In this document: one piece after another, positions 19,204 to 30,414 of the stretch
Position numbering within the stretch: the stretch's first letter is position 1
Layout: each line of letters opens with the position of its first letter
NCBI GenBank assembly: GCA_045046875.1
Contig: JASFYY010000054.1
Location: forward strand, 24,901 to 88,900
Source: Verrucomicrobiota bacterium
GTDB lineage: Bacteria; Verrucomicrobiota; Verrucomicrobiia; Verrucomicrobiales; DEV007
Direction: 5' to 3'
Length of the DNA: 64,000 nucleotides
Made by a program: the position numbers and the translations under genes
The notes under the pieces: model-generated
Told to the model about the DNA's origin: nothing
Database searches by the model: none
What the model saw: the letters and a program-made list of their open reading frames with translations, nothing else

Positions 19204-20733
19204 TTAATGAGATGACGATAATTTGATTGCTGCTTTGCGTGTTTTTTCGGCCAAGGCAGGGTAATCAATGCTGGTGAGCTGTCCCTGATCAACCACTTTT
19301 TTGCCGTTGACATAGCTGTAATCGACATAGTCGTTTTGGCATAGAACCAGCGCCGCCACCGGATCCGCGTGGGCACCAACAAAGGGTCTGCGTTCTGTAT
19401 CGAAGGCAATGAAATCGGCACACATGCCTTTGGCAAGATGGCCAATATCGTCTCGCGACAATGCCTTGGCTCCACCCAGTGTAGCAATTTCCAGAGCTTC
19501 CCGTGCTGACATTCCGGTCACATCCTCTTCTCTGACGCGTGCCAGCAACAGTGCCAGCCTCGCTTCATTTATGAGGTTGCTGGTATCGTTCGAGGCCGAG
19601 CCATCGACTCCCAGAGCTACGTCCATGCCGGCGTCCCGCATGGCCCGGATGGGCGCCGCGCCGCTGCCGAGGCGCATGTTGCTGGCGGGGCAATGGCATG
19701 CGGCCACACCTGCCTTGGCAAACATTCCCATGTCCTTGTTATCGAGGCGCACGCAGTGGGCGTGCCAGACCCTGTCATTGAGCCAGCCTACTTTTTCGGT
19801 CCATGGAGCCGGCCGCATCTTGTAGTTTTTGGTCATGTAATCGATGTCGTCATGGTTTTCGGCCAGGTGGGTGTGCAGACCGACCCCCTGGTAGTTCATT
19901 GCCAGATTTGCCGATTCGCGCATCAGATCTTCAGAGATGGTGAATGGTGAGCAGGGGCCCAGTGCCATGCGCAGCATAGAGTGGCGGGAATTGTCATGGT
20001 ATTGCTCGATAAGCCGTTGAGAATCCTTGAGGATATCGCCCTCGTCTTCCACTACGGAGTCGGGTGGCAAGCCGCCTTTGCTCTCGCCTATGCTCATGCT
20101 ACCGCGCACCGCGGTGAAGCGCATGCCGATGTCGTGCAGGGCACGAATTTCATCATCAATGGTGCAGTCATTGGGCAGAATGTAGAGATGGTCACTGGAG
20201 GTGGTGCAGCCACTCAAAAGCAACTCGGAGGCTGCGAGTTGGGCGCTCAGATAAATGTCGTTGGAGTGCATGTTGGCCCAGATTGGGTAGAGTGCCTTCA
20301 ACCAGGGAAACAGGGTTCCGTCTGGTTTCACCACCCGGGTCAGCACTTGGTAAAAGTGGTGGTGACAGTTCACCATCCCGGGCATGACGATGTAGCGGCC
20401 TTTAAGGTCGAGCACTTCGTCAGCCGTTTTTGGCAATTGTTCCGTGGTGCCGACGGCATCGATGATGTTGTCTTTTACAAAGATGGCACCATCGCGAATT
20501 TCACGTCGCTGCGTATCCATGGTGACCAAGGTATGGATGTTTTTCACCAGCAGGGTGCGACCACTGCCTTTAGCGTTGTTTTTTTTCTGCGCATGAGCAG
20601 GAGCACTGGGGATCATTCCGGAAGCGGCCGCTGCCAGCATGCTGCTGCGTTGAAGGATGGAACGCCGGGTCATCTGCTTGCTTTGAGAGCTCGCGGGGAT
20701 GGTGGTCTTTGACGTGTCGGTGTGCTTGGTCAT
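19204..20733 (-). CDS. Amidohydrolase, 8-oxoguanine deaminase / AtzB-like, with Tat-type signal peptide
   Basis: NCHHHFYQ, SSDHLY, PCSPF, HTHLAE, WHAHC, GVDGSASND motifs. N-terminal TRRSIL...AHA. Confidence 0.88.
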   Translation of the reverse strand: MTKHTDTSKTTIPASSQSKQMTRRSILQRSSMLAAAASGMIPSAPAHAQKKNNAKGSGRTLLVKNIHTLVTMDTQRREIRDGAIFVKDNIIDAVGTTEQLPKTADEVLDLKGRYIVMPGMVNCHHHFYQVLTRVVKPDGTLFPWLKALYPIWANMHSNDIYLSAQLAASELLLSGCTTSSDHLYILPNDCTIDDEIRALHDIGMRFTAVRGSMSIGESKGGLPPDSVVEDEGDILKDSQRLIEQYHDNSRHSMLRMALGPCSPFTISEDLMRESANLAMNYQGVGLHTHLAENHDDIDYMTKNYKMRPAPWTEKVGWLNDRVWHAHCVRLDNKDMGMFAKAGVAACHCPASNMRLGSGAAPIRAMRDAGMDVALGVDGSASNDTSNLINEARLALLLARVREEDVTGMSAREALEIATLGGAKALSRDDIGHLAKGMCADFIAFDTERRPFVGAHADPVAALVLCQNDYVDYSYVNGKKVVDQGQLTSIDYPALAEKTRKAAIKLSSSH

Positions 20734-21087
20734 GGATATATTTTATTGAGAGATAGAAAGGGTGTGATTGTCAGCTGTTAGGAATTTGTTTCCTTCCATC
20801 TTCGATTTTTGTCGTCACGGAGTTGGATAGAGCAATGTGGTAATAGCTTATATGAAGGAGTTCATGTGCTGGCGCTCATGTTGTTGTGCTAAATAAACGC
20901 ATTGGCAAAAAAAAGCCATATTAAAAAATGCGGCAGCACGATATCTGCAGCGATTTCAGGGAAATGGATTGACGGAATTTTGAATCAGAAGGAAATGGAT
21001 TTTCTATTAATTGCCGTGGCTTACAGGGGATGGCGATTTGAACAGTTGAACTTAGGGTTGAGGAGGTGAACGTTGGATTTGAGTTGA

Positions 21088-21963
21088 ATGAATCTTTCCT
21101 ACCACATGAGTTCTATGCGTATTTTTTTCCTGGTATTTTTATTGATCATGGGCACCCTCGGTGGGCGACTGCGGGCTGAGGACAAGGTGGCCAAAGTGGG
21201 GCCGGCAAAGGGGGCACTGGTCATTGTCGGAGGTGGCACAACGACTGCAATTTTGCAGGAATTTATAAAACTAGCAGGCGGGGTGGACTCTGAGATCGTG
21301 GTGATCCCTACCGCGAGTGGGAAAAGCAGTTCGCGGGACGTGGAGTTGTTTGAACAACTGGGTGCAACGAAAGTCCGTATTTTGCATAATAATGATCCTG
21401 AAGTCGCTGACACAGAGGGTTTTGTTGTCCCATTAAAGACCGCGAAAGGGGTTTGGTTCGGCGGTGGACGTCAATGGCGTTTGGTCGATGCTTACAAAAA
21501 TACCAAGGTGGAAAAAATGCTGTGGAAGGTGCTTGATCGAGGTGGGGTGATCGGGGGCAGTTCAGCAGGAGCCAGTATTCAAGGTTCGTATCTGGCTCGC
21601 GGGGACAGCAAGAATAATCAAATCATGACGGGTGATCATGAACAGGGTTTTGGCTATTTGAAGGAGGTGGCGATTGATCAACATTTACTGGCGCGTAACC
21701 GCCATTTTGACATGTTCACTATTTTAAAAAAGCACCCGCATTTGCTCGGGCTAGGTATCGATGAACGCACCGCCATCGTGGTGAAAGGGGATCGTTTTCA
21801 GGTGATGGGGCTGGGTAATGTGGCGGTGTATGACGGCACTTTCTGGTCGCGGGAGGGCAGCGAACTCAAGCACTTGCCGGAAAAGGCTGCAAGATTCTAC
21901 TTTTTGAAGGCTGGTGACCGTTATGATTTGAGCCAGCGCCGGGTGATTGTGAGAGGGGAATAA
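21088..21963 (+). CDS. Cyanophycinase-like S51 peptidase, secreted
   Basis: LVIVGGG, IPTAS, GGGRQ, GSSAGAS (Ser), IDQH, GIDE. Signal peptide. Confidence 0.88.
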   Translation: MNLSYHMSSMRIFFLVFLLIMGTLGGRLRAEDKVAKVGPAKGALVIVGGGTTTAILQEFIKLAGGVDSEIVVIPTASGKSSSRDVELFEQLGATKVRILHNNDPEVADTEGFVVPLKTAKGVWFGGGRQWRLVDAYKNTKVEKMLWKVLDRGGVIGGSSAGASIQGSYLARGDSKNNQIMTGDHEQGFGYLKEVAIDQHLLARNRHFDMFTILKKHPHLLGLGIDERTAIVVKGDRFQVMGLGNVAVYDGTFWSREGSELKHLPEKAARFYFLKAGDRYDLSQRRVIVRGE

Positions 21964-22146
21964 GAAAGTATGAATGGTTGGGGAAAATAAAGTGGGCAGG
22001 GTCGGGCTATTTTCATTGTGACCGATATAACGAAATTGGATTGACATTTGGCGGGATTTCCTGTTTAAATCAACAACTCGGGATTTTAGAGGGGGGTGGT
22101 AGTTGTGGAAATGTGAGGATCGAGAGTAAAAATTTTATAAAAAGTG

Positions 22147-22773
22147 ATGAAAATATTCATTAAAAAATCAGTGTGTGTGATGACTCTTTGTTTAGCGGCG
22201 GCGAGTTTCACCAGTTGTCATGTGAACAAGGATGGCAATCTTTCGATGGGGAGAAAACGCAGACCTGCTGCGGTGAAATCAACCCAGCCGACAACTGCCC
22301 GGCATTATCTGTATAAAAACGACAAGGTGTTGGAAGCGATGAGTCCGGGGGATTCAAAGTTGAAAATTGATTTGTCTGAGCAGCGGGTGAAATTGTTCAG
22401 CGGGGATCAACTGGCCTTGGAATCGCAAATTTCAACCGGCACGGAAGGGCATCGCACACCTACGGGTAAGTTCGAGATTTTGGAAAAAAAGGTGGATAAA
22501 AAATCCAATCGTTATGGCAAATGGGTGGACGGTGGTTCTGGTGAAACCTTGGTCAGTAACGGAGATTCATACAAACGCCCCAAGGGAAATGCGGAGTTCC
22601 GTGGCACGGCGATGCCTTATTGGATGCGGGTGACCTGGCGCGGAGTGGGCATGCACATCGGCTATGTGCCACTGTATGCAGCCAGCCATGGCTGCATCCG
22701 GGTGCCGCGCGAAGTGCAGCCTTTGATTTATGCCAAGACCCAGGTGGGCACTCCGGTGGAGATCATTCAATGA
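22147..22773 (+). CDS. L,D-transpeptidase family lipoprotein
   Basis: IDLSEQR, ISTG...TPTG, MPYWMR, GMHIG...ASHGCIRV. Confidence 0.9.
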   Translation: MKIFIKKSVCVMTLCLAAASFTSCHVNKDGNLSMGRKRRPAAVKSTQPTTARHYLYKNDKVLEAMSPGDSKLKIDLSEQRVKLFSGDQLALESQISTGTEGHRTPTGKFEILEKKVDKKSNRYGKWVDGGSGETLVSNGDSYKRPKGNAEFRGTAMPYWMRVTWRGVGMHIGYVPLYAASHGCIRVPREVQPLIYAKTQVGTPVEIIQ

Positions 22774-23734
22774 TCGCGGCTTTGACCAGATCTTCGAGAG
22801 CGATCATGTCGATGGCAAACTTGCGGATGCCTTCTGCGGTTTTTTCGGTCGCCATGGCGTCATCGTTGAGTTGGTAGCGGAATGATTTTTCGTCTAGCTG
22901 GATGGCTTCGGCCGAGCTTGCCCGGGCGTTCTCCTCTGTTAGGACGGCGGGCACGGGGTCGTTGGAATTTTGCAGTTCTTCCAATAAGCCGGGACTGATG
23001 GTTAAGAGGTCACAACCGGCGAGTGCGATGATTTGTCCTTTGTTGCGGAAGCTGGCACCCATCACTTCGGTCGGGTGATTGAACTTTTTGTAGTAGTTGT
23101 AGATGCTGATGACGGATTGCACGCCGGGATCGTTGGCACCGGCGTAGTCTTCTCCGGTGCTGGCTTTGAACCAGTCATAGATGCGGCCGACAAAGGGGGA
23201 GATCAATTGCACTCTGGCATCGGCGCAGGCGATGGCCTGGGTCAGCGAAAACAGCAAGGTCAGATTGCAGTGGATGCCTTCTTTTTCCAGAACTTCGGCA
23301 GCACGGATGCCTTCCCAGGTGGAGGCGATCTTGATCAGGATGCGGTCGCGGCTGATGCCATCCTTTTCGTAAAGGCCAATCAGGGTGTGGGCTTTTTCGA
23401 TCGTGCCTTTGGTATCGAAGGACAGCCGGGCGTCAGTTTCGGTGGAAACCCGTCCGGGCACGATTTCGAGAATTTCTTTGCCGAACAGAATCAGGATGCG
23501 GTCGATGACCGCTTCGACCAAGGCATCACCACTGAGGGATCCGCTTTTGAGTTCCGTGACGGCTTGATCCACCAGGTGTCGGTATTCGGCTTGTTGCGAA
23601 GCTTTTAGGATCAGCGAGGGATTGGTGGTCGCATCCTGCGGGCTGTATTGGCGCATGCTTTCGAAGTCGCCGGTATCCGCTACGATGGTGGTGAGGGCTT
23701 TGAGTTGTTCGAGTTGAGATGTGCTGGTGCTCAT
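22763..23734 (-). CDS. tal: Transaldolase
   Basis: [46 protein letters not shown]. Start moved to the ATG at 23734. Confidence 0.97.
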   Translation of the reverse strand: MSTSTSQLEQLKALTTIVADTGDFESMRQYSPQDATTNPSLILKASQQAEYRHLVDQAVTELKSGSLSGDALVEAVIDRILILFGKEILEIVPGRVSTETDARLSFDTKGTIEKAHTLIGLYEKDGISRDRILIKIASTWEGIRAAEVLEKEGIHCNLTLLFSLTQAIACADARVQLISPFVGRIYDWFKASTGEDYAGANDPGVQSVISIYNYYKKFNHPTEVMGASFRNKGQIIALAGCDLLTISPGLLEELQNSNDPVPAVLTEENARASSAEAIQLDEKSFRYQLNDDAMATEKTAEGIRKFAIDMIALEDLVKAAIIE

Positions 23735-23967
23735 GGATGGGTGTTGGTTAAAGATTTGAAATGGGTATTTAGCATTAAATTTAATGCAGAATGACAGGAA
23801 ATTAGCGCAAAGGCAGGGAAATGCGCGTTTTTTTTGAATACAAAAGTTTGTGAAATTTTTCACAAAGCACTTGCGAGGCGGGGGCTGAGTCGTATGATCT
23901 GCTTGAGCGAGAAGGAGGAGCAAGAGGCTTCTTGGACTTTAATTTTAATCGCCTTATTTATATTGCC

Positions 23968-24525
23968 ATGGCTGATACTGATAACCAGCAGGCGTCTGTC
24001 GCCTATGACTCGAAGATCGAGGGCAACGTGATCTTCACTCGTCTCGATGCGACCATCAACTGGATGCGTAAAAACTCGCTGTGGCCGATGCCGATGGGTT
24101 TGGCCTGTTGCGCGATCGAGCTGATGGCGACCGGAGCTTCGCGTTTTGATATTTCCCGTTTTGGGGCGGAGGTGATGCGTTTTTCTCCACGCCAGGCCGA
24201 TGTGATGATCGTGGCTGGCACGGTGACTTATAAAATGTCGCTGGCGGTCAAGCGGGTGTGGGATCAGATGCCTGAGCCGAAGTGGTGCATCGCTATGGGG
24301 GCTTGTGCTTCCAGTGGGGGAATGTATCGTTCTTACGCGGTTTTGCAGGGCATCGACCATTTGATTCCGGTTGATGTTTACGTGTCGGGTTGCCCTCCAC
24401 GTCCGGAGGCTTTGTTGGAAGGTTTGATGAGACTGCAGGAGAAAGTGGATGCGGAAGAATCGGCAGTGGCTTTGTTGAAAAATCCTGACGCCCGGGCTGA
24501 AGAGCAGCAAGAAGTGGAAGCCTGA
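23968..24525 (+). CDS. nuoB: NADH-quinone oxidoreductase subunit B
   Basis: [32 protein letters not shown]. Confidence 0.97.
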   Translation: MADTDNQQASVAYDSKIEGNVIFTRLDATINWMRKNSLWPMPMGLACCAIELMATGASRFDISRFGAEVMRFSPRQADVMIVAGTVTYKMSLAVKRVWDQMPEPKWCIAMGACASSGGMYRSYAVLQGIDHLIPVDVYVSGCPPRPEALLEGLMRLQEKVDAEESAVALLKNPDARAEEQQEVEA

Positions 24526-24551
24526 GTGAACGACGAGGAAGGAAGCCTAGC

Positions 24552-25112
24552 ATGAAAAAAGTAATTTCAGGTCTGAAGAAAAAATTCGGCAAAACGATCA
24601 CTGGAACGATTGAGTTTCGTGGCGAGCACACGTTGTTGGTGAAAAAGGAGAAAACCAAGGAATTGCTGAAACATTGCCGGGATGAGTTGGGCTTTGATTA
24701 TTTGCTCGATGTGAGCAGTGTGGATTATCTGGGCAGCGAGCCGCGTTTCGAGATGGTCTATGAATTGTGCCGTTTAGCGGCGGGCGAGCATCTGCGCATC
24801 AAGTGTGCGTTGGAGGAAGACGAGCCGATGGACACGGTTTCGGATTTGTGGGCGACGGCCAATTGGCATGAACGTGAAATTTACGATATGATGGGGATCA
24901 AGTTCGATGGACACCCCGACTTGACCCGTATTTTGATGTGGGAGGGGTATCCTTATTTTCCTCTGCGCAAAGATTTTCCGCTTGCGGGCAAACCCAGCGA
25001 AATGCCAGATGTGGCCTTTACCGAAACGGCGCCTTTGGCAGGTGGTCCTTTTGTGACTAGCCCGACGACGCAGAGCAGCGTGCACCGCGAACCGCGTTCG
25101 CAGGAGGTGTGA
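24552..25112 (+). CDS. nuoC: NADH-quinone oxidoreductase subunit C
   Basis: ANWHEREIYDMMGIKFDGHPDLTRILM...PLRKDFP. Confidence 0.95.
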   Translation: MKKVISGLKKKFGKTITGTIEFRGEHTLLVKKEKTKELLKHCRDELGFDYLLDVSSVDYLGSEPRFEMVYELCRLAAGEHLRIKCALEEDEPMDTVSDLWATANWHEREIYDMMGIKFDGHPDLTRILMWEGYPYFPLRKDFPLAGKPSEMPDVAFTETAPLAGGPFVTSPTTQSSVHREPRSQEV

Positions 25113-25308
25113 AGTCAATTGGCAGGGGATAATTGACAATTGAAAATGGGCTCAGGGAGCAGTCCGATCTTCGCATTACTGTCAGGGGGCTCGTTGGAAT
25201 TCTTTTAGATGATTGGTGACTAATACGGCTTTTGCGTAAGTCCTGTTTTTTATCACCGTGGATTCCGCAGCTGAGTAGCTGAGGCGGTTGGAGGTCATTA
25301 GTATTTAG

Positions 25309-25905
25309 TTACCAGATCACTTTTCCTGTTATTGAGGAGAAAGGGACGGGGCCGTAGCCCCGGCTGTCGTAAGAGTGGTCGCGGTTGTCACCGATCAATA
25401 GTAATTCGTTTTTGCCGATGGTTATTTCTGTAGGCGATTCTGCGGGTTTTGTGCGTTTGCTTTCGTAGGCGACTTCGTATTTGGTTCCGAGATTGGATTC
25501 CAGAAAAATGATAAGTTCTTCCTCACGTCGGATTTTGGTTAGGGGAAGTGTTTTGTTGGCCACTTTTAATTCGCCCGAGGGGAGCTGGGAAAAGGTGTCG
25601 CCTGGTAGGGCGATGACTCTGGATATGATGAACGAGCTGCGACCGTCATGAATCTGTTTGAATACTATGACGTCGCCTTTTTTGATCTGGGAGATAGAGT
25701 TGTAAGGGTGGCGCAGTGCAATGGCCCGGGTATTGGCGGGTTTGCCAGGGTACATTCCGTTGGTGGGGATGATATAGGGTTGCAGATAAAAAACCCGGGC
25801 GATGATAATGGCGGCAAGAAGTAATGCAGAGACGATAAAAACAAGGGCTCCCCCAATGGCCAGGGTGATGGCTATTTTTTTCTGCTTGGAAGCTGCGGGG
25901 CTCAT
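25309..25905 (-). CDS. Signal peptidase I (S26) homologue lacking the catalytic Ser/Lys
   Basis: TM anchor, box B IPTNGMYP, GDVIVF, box D IISRVIALPGD, box E GDNRDHSYDSRGYGPV. Confidence 0.8.
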   Translation of the reverse strand: MSPAASKQKKIAITLAIGGALVFIVSALLLAAIIIARVFYLQPYIIPTNGMYPGKPANTRAIALRHPYNSISQIKKGDVIVFKQIHDGRSSFIISRVIALPGDTFSQLPSGELKVANKTLPLTKIRREEELIIFLESNLGTKYEVAYESKRTKPAESPTEITIGKNELLLIGDNRDHSYDSRGYGPVPFSSITGKVIW

Positions 25906-27242
25906 TTTTGCTGGGAGAGCTTCACGATTGCCTGGCTGATGTCGGTTCCGCTGGTTTGCTGGAAAATGCGCAAATCAAACTCCGGGGCGACGGCGAGAAA
26001 GTGATCAAAAATGTCGGCTTGGATTCTTTCGTATTCGACCCAGTTGGTGGTGGTGGTGAAACAGTAAATTTCTATCGGCAGCCCTTCACTGCTGGGGGCG
26101 AGTTGCCGCACCAGTAGGGTCATGCCGTGCTGGTGGATATCGGAGTGGTTGCGCAGGTAGGCTTCGATGTAGTTGCGGAAGGTGCCGACGTTGGTCAGGC
26201 GCCGTCCGTTGACGAGGTTGTTGTGACTGGATGTGGCGTGGGTTTTGTTCCATGCGGCGATTTCACTTTCCTTCTTTTTTAGATAGTCACAGATGTGCTC
26301 GATCTTGCGGAAGCGTTCGAGCATGGCAGGGTCGGCGAGGCGGATGGAGTTCACGTCGATGAGTAAGCTGCGTTTGATCCTGCGGCCTCCGCTGTCGGTC
26401 ATGCCTTGCCAGTTTTTGAAAGGTTGGCTGATCAGGGTGTAGGTCGGCAGGGTGGTGACGGTGTTATCAAAGTTGCGCACTTTCACTACAGTGAGGCCGA
26501 CTTCCTCTACGGTGCCGTCGGCGCCATGGCTGGGCATTTCCAACCAGTTGCCTAGCTTGAGCATTTTGTTCGAGGTGATTTGGATGCCGGCGACAAAACC
26601 GAGAATGACATCTTTAAAAACCAGCATCAGGACTGAAGCGAACATGCCTAGTCCGCCAAGCAACATCAGGGGGGATTTGCCAATCAGAATGGCAATGATA
26701 AGGATGAGCGCGATCAGGGTGGTGAACAACTTTACCACTTGAATGAAGGTGCCGACGATGAATCGCTGCGCCGATTCTCTTTGGCGATAAATAACGTGAA
26801 TGACGTTCAATAGTGAGTCGATGGTGAAGTAAGCTGCGATCACTATGTAAATCAGGGCAGCTGAATTGGTGAAGGTCACCAGAGTGGGAAAATTCTTGAA
26901 TAGCCCCGGGGTGATCAGGTAGATGAAAAGGGCTGGGAAAAAATGGGTGGACCAGCGGAACACGCCGAAGCCAAAGAGTTTGTCGTCCCAGGAGAAGCTA
27001 GTGCGTTTGATCACTACGTGCATCCAACGCAGAAGGAGCGGGCGTAGGATGAGGTAGATCAGCGCAGAGATTAGAACAAGCCCTGAGATCAAGGCGAGTA
27101 AGGCGACCGTCGCTTCGAATTCTTCGGGAATCCACGATTGTCTATGCAACCATTGGGTAAGATGGTCGCTCACAGCAGAGGCCTGCTGGTCGATTTGTTC
27201 CAAGCCTTTTATTGGAGGCGGGTTTGATGCTTCTGCGGCCAT
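25902..27242 (-). CDS. MscS-family mechanosensitive channel (YbdG-like)
   Basis: LMLVFKDVILGFVAGIQ, ADGTV, VKVRNFDNT, FKNWQGM..SGGRRIKRS, LVRQLAP. Confidence 0.93.
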   Translation of the reverse strand: MAAEASNPPPIKGLEQIDQQASAVSDHLTQWLHRQSWIPEEFEATVALLALISGLVLISALIYLILRPLLLRWMHVVIKRTSFSWDDKLFGFGVFRWSTHFFPALFIYLITPGLFKNFPTLVTFTNSAALIYIVIAAYFTIDSLLNVIHVIYRQRESAQRFIVGTFIQVVKLFTTLIALILIIAILIGKSPLMLLGGLGMFASVLMLVFKDVILGFVAGIQITSNKMLKLGNWLEMPSHGADGTVEEVGLTVVKVRNFDNTVTTLPTYTLISQPFKNWQGMTDSGGRRIKRSLLIDVNSIRLADPAMLERFRKIEHICDYLKKKESEIAAWNKTHATSSHNNLVNGRRLTNVGTFRNYIEAYLRNHSDIHQHGMTLLVRQLAPSSEGLPIEIYCFTTTTNWVEYERIQADIFDHFLAVAPEFDLRIFQQTSGTDISQAIVKLSQQK

Positions 27243-27248
27243 GTTATT

Positions 27249-28232
27249 TTATTTTCTGCTGTAACCGTGGGGGTGTTGATTGTGCCAATCCCAGGCGCTT
27301 TGGATGATGGATTCGAGACTGGGGTAGTCGGGCTGCCAGCCGAGTTCGGTGCGAATTTTGCTGCTATCGGCGACCAGGGTGGCGGGGTCGCCGGCGCGGC
27401 GGGCAACGGTTTCTGCGGGGATGGCGTGTCCGGTGATTTCGCGTGCGGTGTCGATGACCTGTTTGACGCTGAATCCGGCGCCGTTGCCGAGGTTGTAGTG
27501 GCAGCACTCGGTGTTTTCTAGTGACTCCAATGCTAATAGGTGGGCCTTGGCGAGATCGGCGATGTGGATGTAATCGCGCACGCAGGTGCCGTCGGGAGTG
27601 TCGTAGTCGTCACCAAAAATTTTCAGGGAATCCCGTTGGCCGAGGGCGACTTGCAAAACCAGGGGGATGAGGTGGGACTCGGGAGTGTGATCCTCGCCGC
27701 GCTGTGCGGTGGCTCCGGCGGCATTGAAGTAGCGCAGGCAGGCGTAACGGAAACCTTTGGTGATGCGTAGCCAGTGTAAAAAGCGCTCGATGATGAACTT
27801 GGACTCACCGTAGGGGCTGCCGGGAACGAGTCGTTCTTGTTCGTTGATGGGGATGGTTTCCGGATCGTCGAAGAGATTAGCGGTGGAGGAGAGAATAAAG
27901 CGGCGCACATTGTGTTGAGCCATCACTTCCAGCAGGTTGAGGGCATTTTTTACGTTTTCTCCCAGGTAGAGGAAAGGCTGCTCCATCGACTCACCAACCT
28001 GGGTGTGCGAGGCAAAATGCATGACAGCATCGGGTTGGTGTTGTTGAAAACAATCATTGAGAAGCGCACGATCGCAGAGGTCGCCTTCGACAAAAGCGGC
28101 GTCGGGGTGAACCGCCTCACGGTGTCCCATATAGAGGCTGTCATAGACGACGGCGTCGTGTCCTGCTTTGATAATGCATTCGGTGGCGATGCTGCCGATG
28201 TAGCCGGCTCCGCCGGTGACTAGAATTTTCAT
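27249..28232 (-). CDS. galE: UDP-glucose 4-epimerase
   Basis: [38 protein letters not shown]. Confidence 0.95.
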   Translation of the reverse strand: MKILVTGGAGYIGSIATECIIKAGHDAVVYDSLYMGHREAVHPDAAFVEGDLCDRALLNDCFQQHQPDAVMHFASHTQVGESMEQPFLYLGENVKNALNLLEVMAQHNVRRFILSSTANLFDDPETIPINEQERLVPGSPYGESKFIIERFLHWLRITKGFRYACLRYFNAAGATAQRGEDHTPESHLIPLVLQVALGQRDSLKIFGDDYDTPDGTCVRDYIHIADLAKAHLLALESLENTECCHYNLGNGAGFSVKQVIDTAREITGHAIPAETVARRAGDPATLVADSSKIRTELGWQPDYPSLESIIQSAWDWHNQHPHGYSRK

Positions 28233-28293
28233 GGGCGAAGATTAGCTTAAAAAATGCCGGGGCGCAAAGGGTCTTGCCGCGACTTTTGAAAAA

Positions 28294-29061
28294 TCAGAGG
28301 AACTGTTTTTGATATTGTAATGGGGTCAGGCCTATAGCTTTTTTGAATTGTCGGGTGAAGGAGCTTTGATCGTAAAATCCCAGATCAAGGGCGATGTCAC
28401 CGATGGGCTGGGAGTTTTTTCGCAGCAGGGCGCAGGCGTCGAGGATACGCATTTTTATGATGTATTCGCGTGGGCTGAGATTGAAATAAGTTCTGAACTT
28501 TCGTTCAAACTGGCGCAGGGAGAGATCGCATAGGCGGGCGAGTTTCTGGATGGAGAGTTTTTCGCAGTAGTTCCGGGCGATCAGATCCATGGCGGGTTGG
28601 ATGTCAGCATGGCTGGGGAGCTTTTTTTGATATTGTTCATAGCTCTGGATGACGCCCATGATGCCGAGCACTTGGCCGTCTTTGCCGAGCATGGGTAATT
28701 TGGTGGTCAGGAACCAGGAGGGGATGCCCTGGCTGTTGAGGAAAAGTTCGACGAGATTGACCGTGGGGTTGCGGGTTTTCATGATCATGAGATCGTCGCG
28801 GCGATACTTTTCCGCCATTTGTACGGGCAGAAGATCAAAGTCACTGTGGCCAATCAGATCTTGCTCGCATTGGAAGCCGTAGAGTTTGACGAGGCGTTGG
28901 TTGGCTGCCAGTAGAATCCCGTCTTTGTCCTTGGCAAAGAAGCACAGCCCTTCGACGTAATTGAAGAGGTGGTAAAAGCGGCTTTCGGGGGAGATGGATT
29001 CTAAAATGGCGCGGCGCTTTTTGAGAGTTCCTTCAGATGCTTTTTGAGTAGGGAGGGTCAT
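28294..29061 (-). CDS. PAS-domain AraC-family regulator
   Basis: N-terminal PAS (FFAKDKDG...DFDL) and C-terminal AraC HTH (GFYDQSSFTRQFK..GLTP). Confidence 0.92.
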   Translation of the reverse strand: MTLPTQKASEGTLKKRRAILESISPESRFYHLFNYVEGLCFFAKDKDGILLAANQRLVKLYGFQCEQDLIGHSDFDLLPVQMAEKYRRDDLMIMKTRNPTVNLVELFLNSQGIPSWFLTTKLPMLGKDGQVLGIMGVIQSYEQYQKKLPSHADIQPAMDLIARNYCEKLSIQKLARLCDLSLRQFERKFRTYFNLSPREYIIKMRILDACALLRKNSQPIGDIALDLGFYDQSSFTRQFKKAIGLTPLQYQKQFL

Positions 29062-29219
29062 GGCGGCCGTTTTTTGGATTTAATATCAATATAATGTCGC
29101 TTTGATACTAAAATCAATCTGAAGCAGCCAAGATGGTTGGGCCGGAGTGGTTTTATTTTGAGTAAGATCGGGACAGGCAAAAATGTCGTTGCCGGTGTTC
29201 ACTAAATAAAATCAAAAGT

Positions 29220-30410
29220 ATGAATGCAGATCATCAATACCGGGTAGCTATCGTGGGGCTTAGTTTTGGAGCGGAGTTTATTCCTATTTACCAGAGTTAC
29301 CCTAATACGGAGTTGGTGGCGATTTGCCAGCGCACGGAGGAGGAGCTGAATAAGGTGGGAGATGCTTTTGCTATTGCTGAATCTGGGCGTTTCACAAATT
29401 TTAATGAAATGCTTAAGGATGAGAGCATTGATATTGTGCATATCAATACGCCGCCATTTCTGCACGCGGATCAAACGGTGGCGGCTCTGGAGGCGGGCAA
29501 ACATGTGGCTTGCACGATTCCGATGGCGGTGTCGGTTGAGGATTGCAAGAGGATCGTCGAGGCGCAGCAGGCTTCGGGCAAACAATACATGATGATGGAG
29601 ACGGTGGTTTATAGTCGAGAGTATTTGTATGTGAAGGAACTCTACGACAAGGGGGAAATGGGCAAGTTACAGTTTTTTCGATCATCGCATGTGCAGGATA
29701 TGGGCGGTTGGCCGGAATATTGGGAAGGCTTGCCTCCGATGTACAATGGCACCCATGCTATTTCACCGACTTTGGCCTTGGGACGCGATCAGGCGGAATG
29801 GGTTCGCTGTATCGGTTCGGGAACGATTGAGAAAAAGATGCATGAGAACTATGGTTCTCCTTTTTGTATCGAATCAACCCATATCAAGTTCAAGGACTCG
29901 GATCTTTTTGCGGAGGTGACTCGTTCTTTGTTTAATGTGTCGCGACAGTATCGGGAGAGTTTTGATGTTTATGCCGAGAAGAAGAGTTTTGAATGGAGTT
30001 TGGTAGAGGAAGCCGGGCATATTCTCCATAGCGGTGAAAAACCGGAGAAAGTTGAGATCCCGGACTACGCACATCGCTTGCCGGAAGAGATTCAGAGTTT
30101 CACCACGGGTGGGGTGTATGGTGGAGAGGACGGTGAAGAGCATTTGAGTTTCACTCAAGGCGGCGGACATGGAGGCTCTCATCCGCATTTGGTGCATGAA
30201 TTCATCTCAGCTCTGATGGAGGGACGCGAGCCTTATCCCAATGCGCGTCAGGGTGCGAACATCACTTGCAGCGGAATTCTTTCGCATGAATCGGCATTGC
30301 AAGGGGGCGAGAAGGTTATGTTACCTGAGTGGACTTTTGTAGAACAACAACCGTCTATAGTGAAAGAGTTGCTAGGAGGCCCGGTTAGTCAATTTGAAAA
30401 GGAGGCATAA
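29220..30410 (+). CDS. Gfo/Idh/MocA-family oxidoreductase
   Basis: Rossmann start VAIVGLSFG, VHINTP..LH, AGKHVACTIP. Confidence 0.9.
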   Translation: MNADHQYRVAIVGLSFGAEFIPIYQSYPNTELVAICQRTEEELNKVGDAFAIAESGRFTNFNEMLKDESIDIVHINTPPFLHADQTVAALEAGKHVACTIPMAVSVEDCKRIVEAQQASGKQYMMMETVVYSREYLYVKELYDKGEMGKLQFFRSSHVQDMGGWPEYWEGLPPMYNGTHAISPTLALGRDQAEWVRCIGSGTIEKKMHENYGSPFCIESTHIKFKDSDLFAEVTRSLFNVSRQYRESFDVYAEKKSFEWSLVEEAGHILHSGEKPEKVEIPDYAHRLPEEIQSFTTGGVYGGEDGEEHLSFTQGGGHGGSHPHLVHEFISALMEGREPYPNARQGANITCSGILSHESALQGGEKVMLPEWTFVEQQPSIVKELLGGPVSQFEKEA

Positions 30411-30414
30411 GATT

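Noticed and set aside
20903..20918. Sigma-54 promoter upstream of the deaminase
   Set aside because: Spacing is GG-N9-GC, not the required GG-N10-GC.
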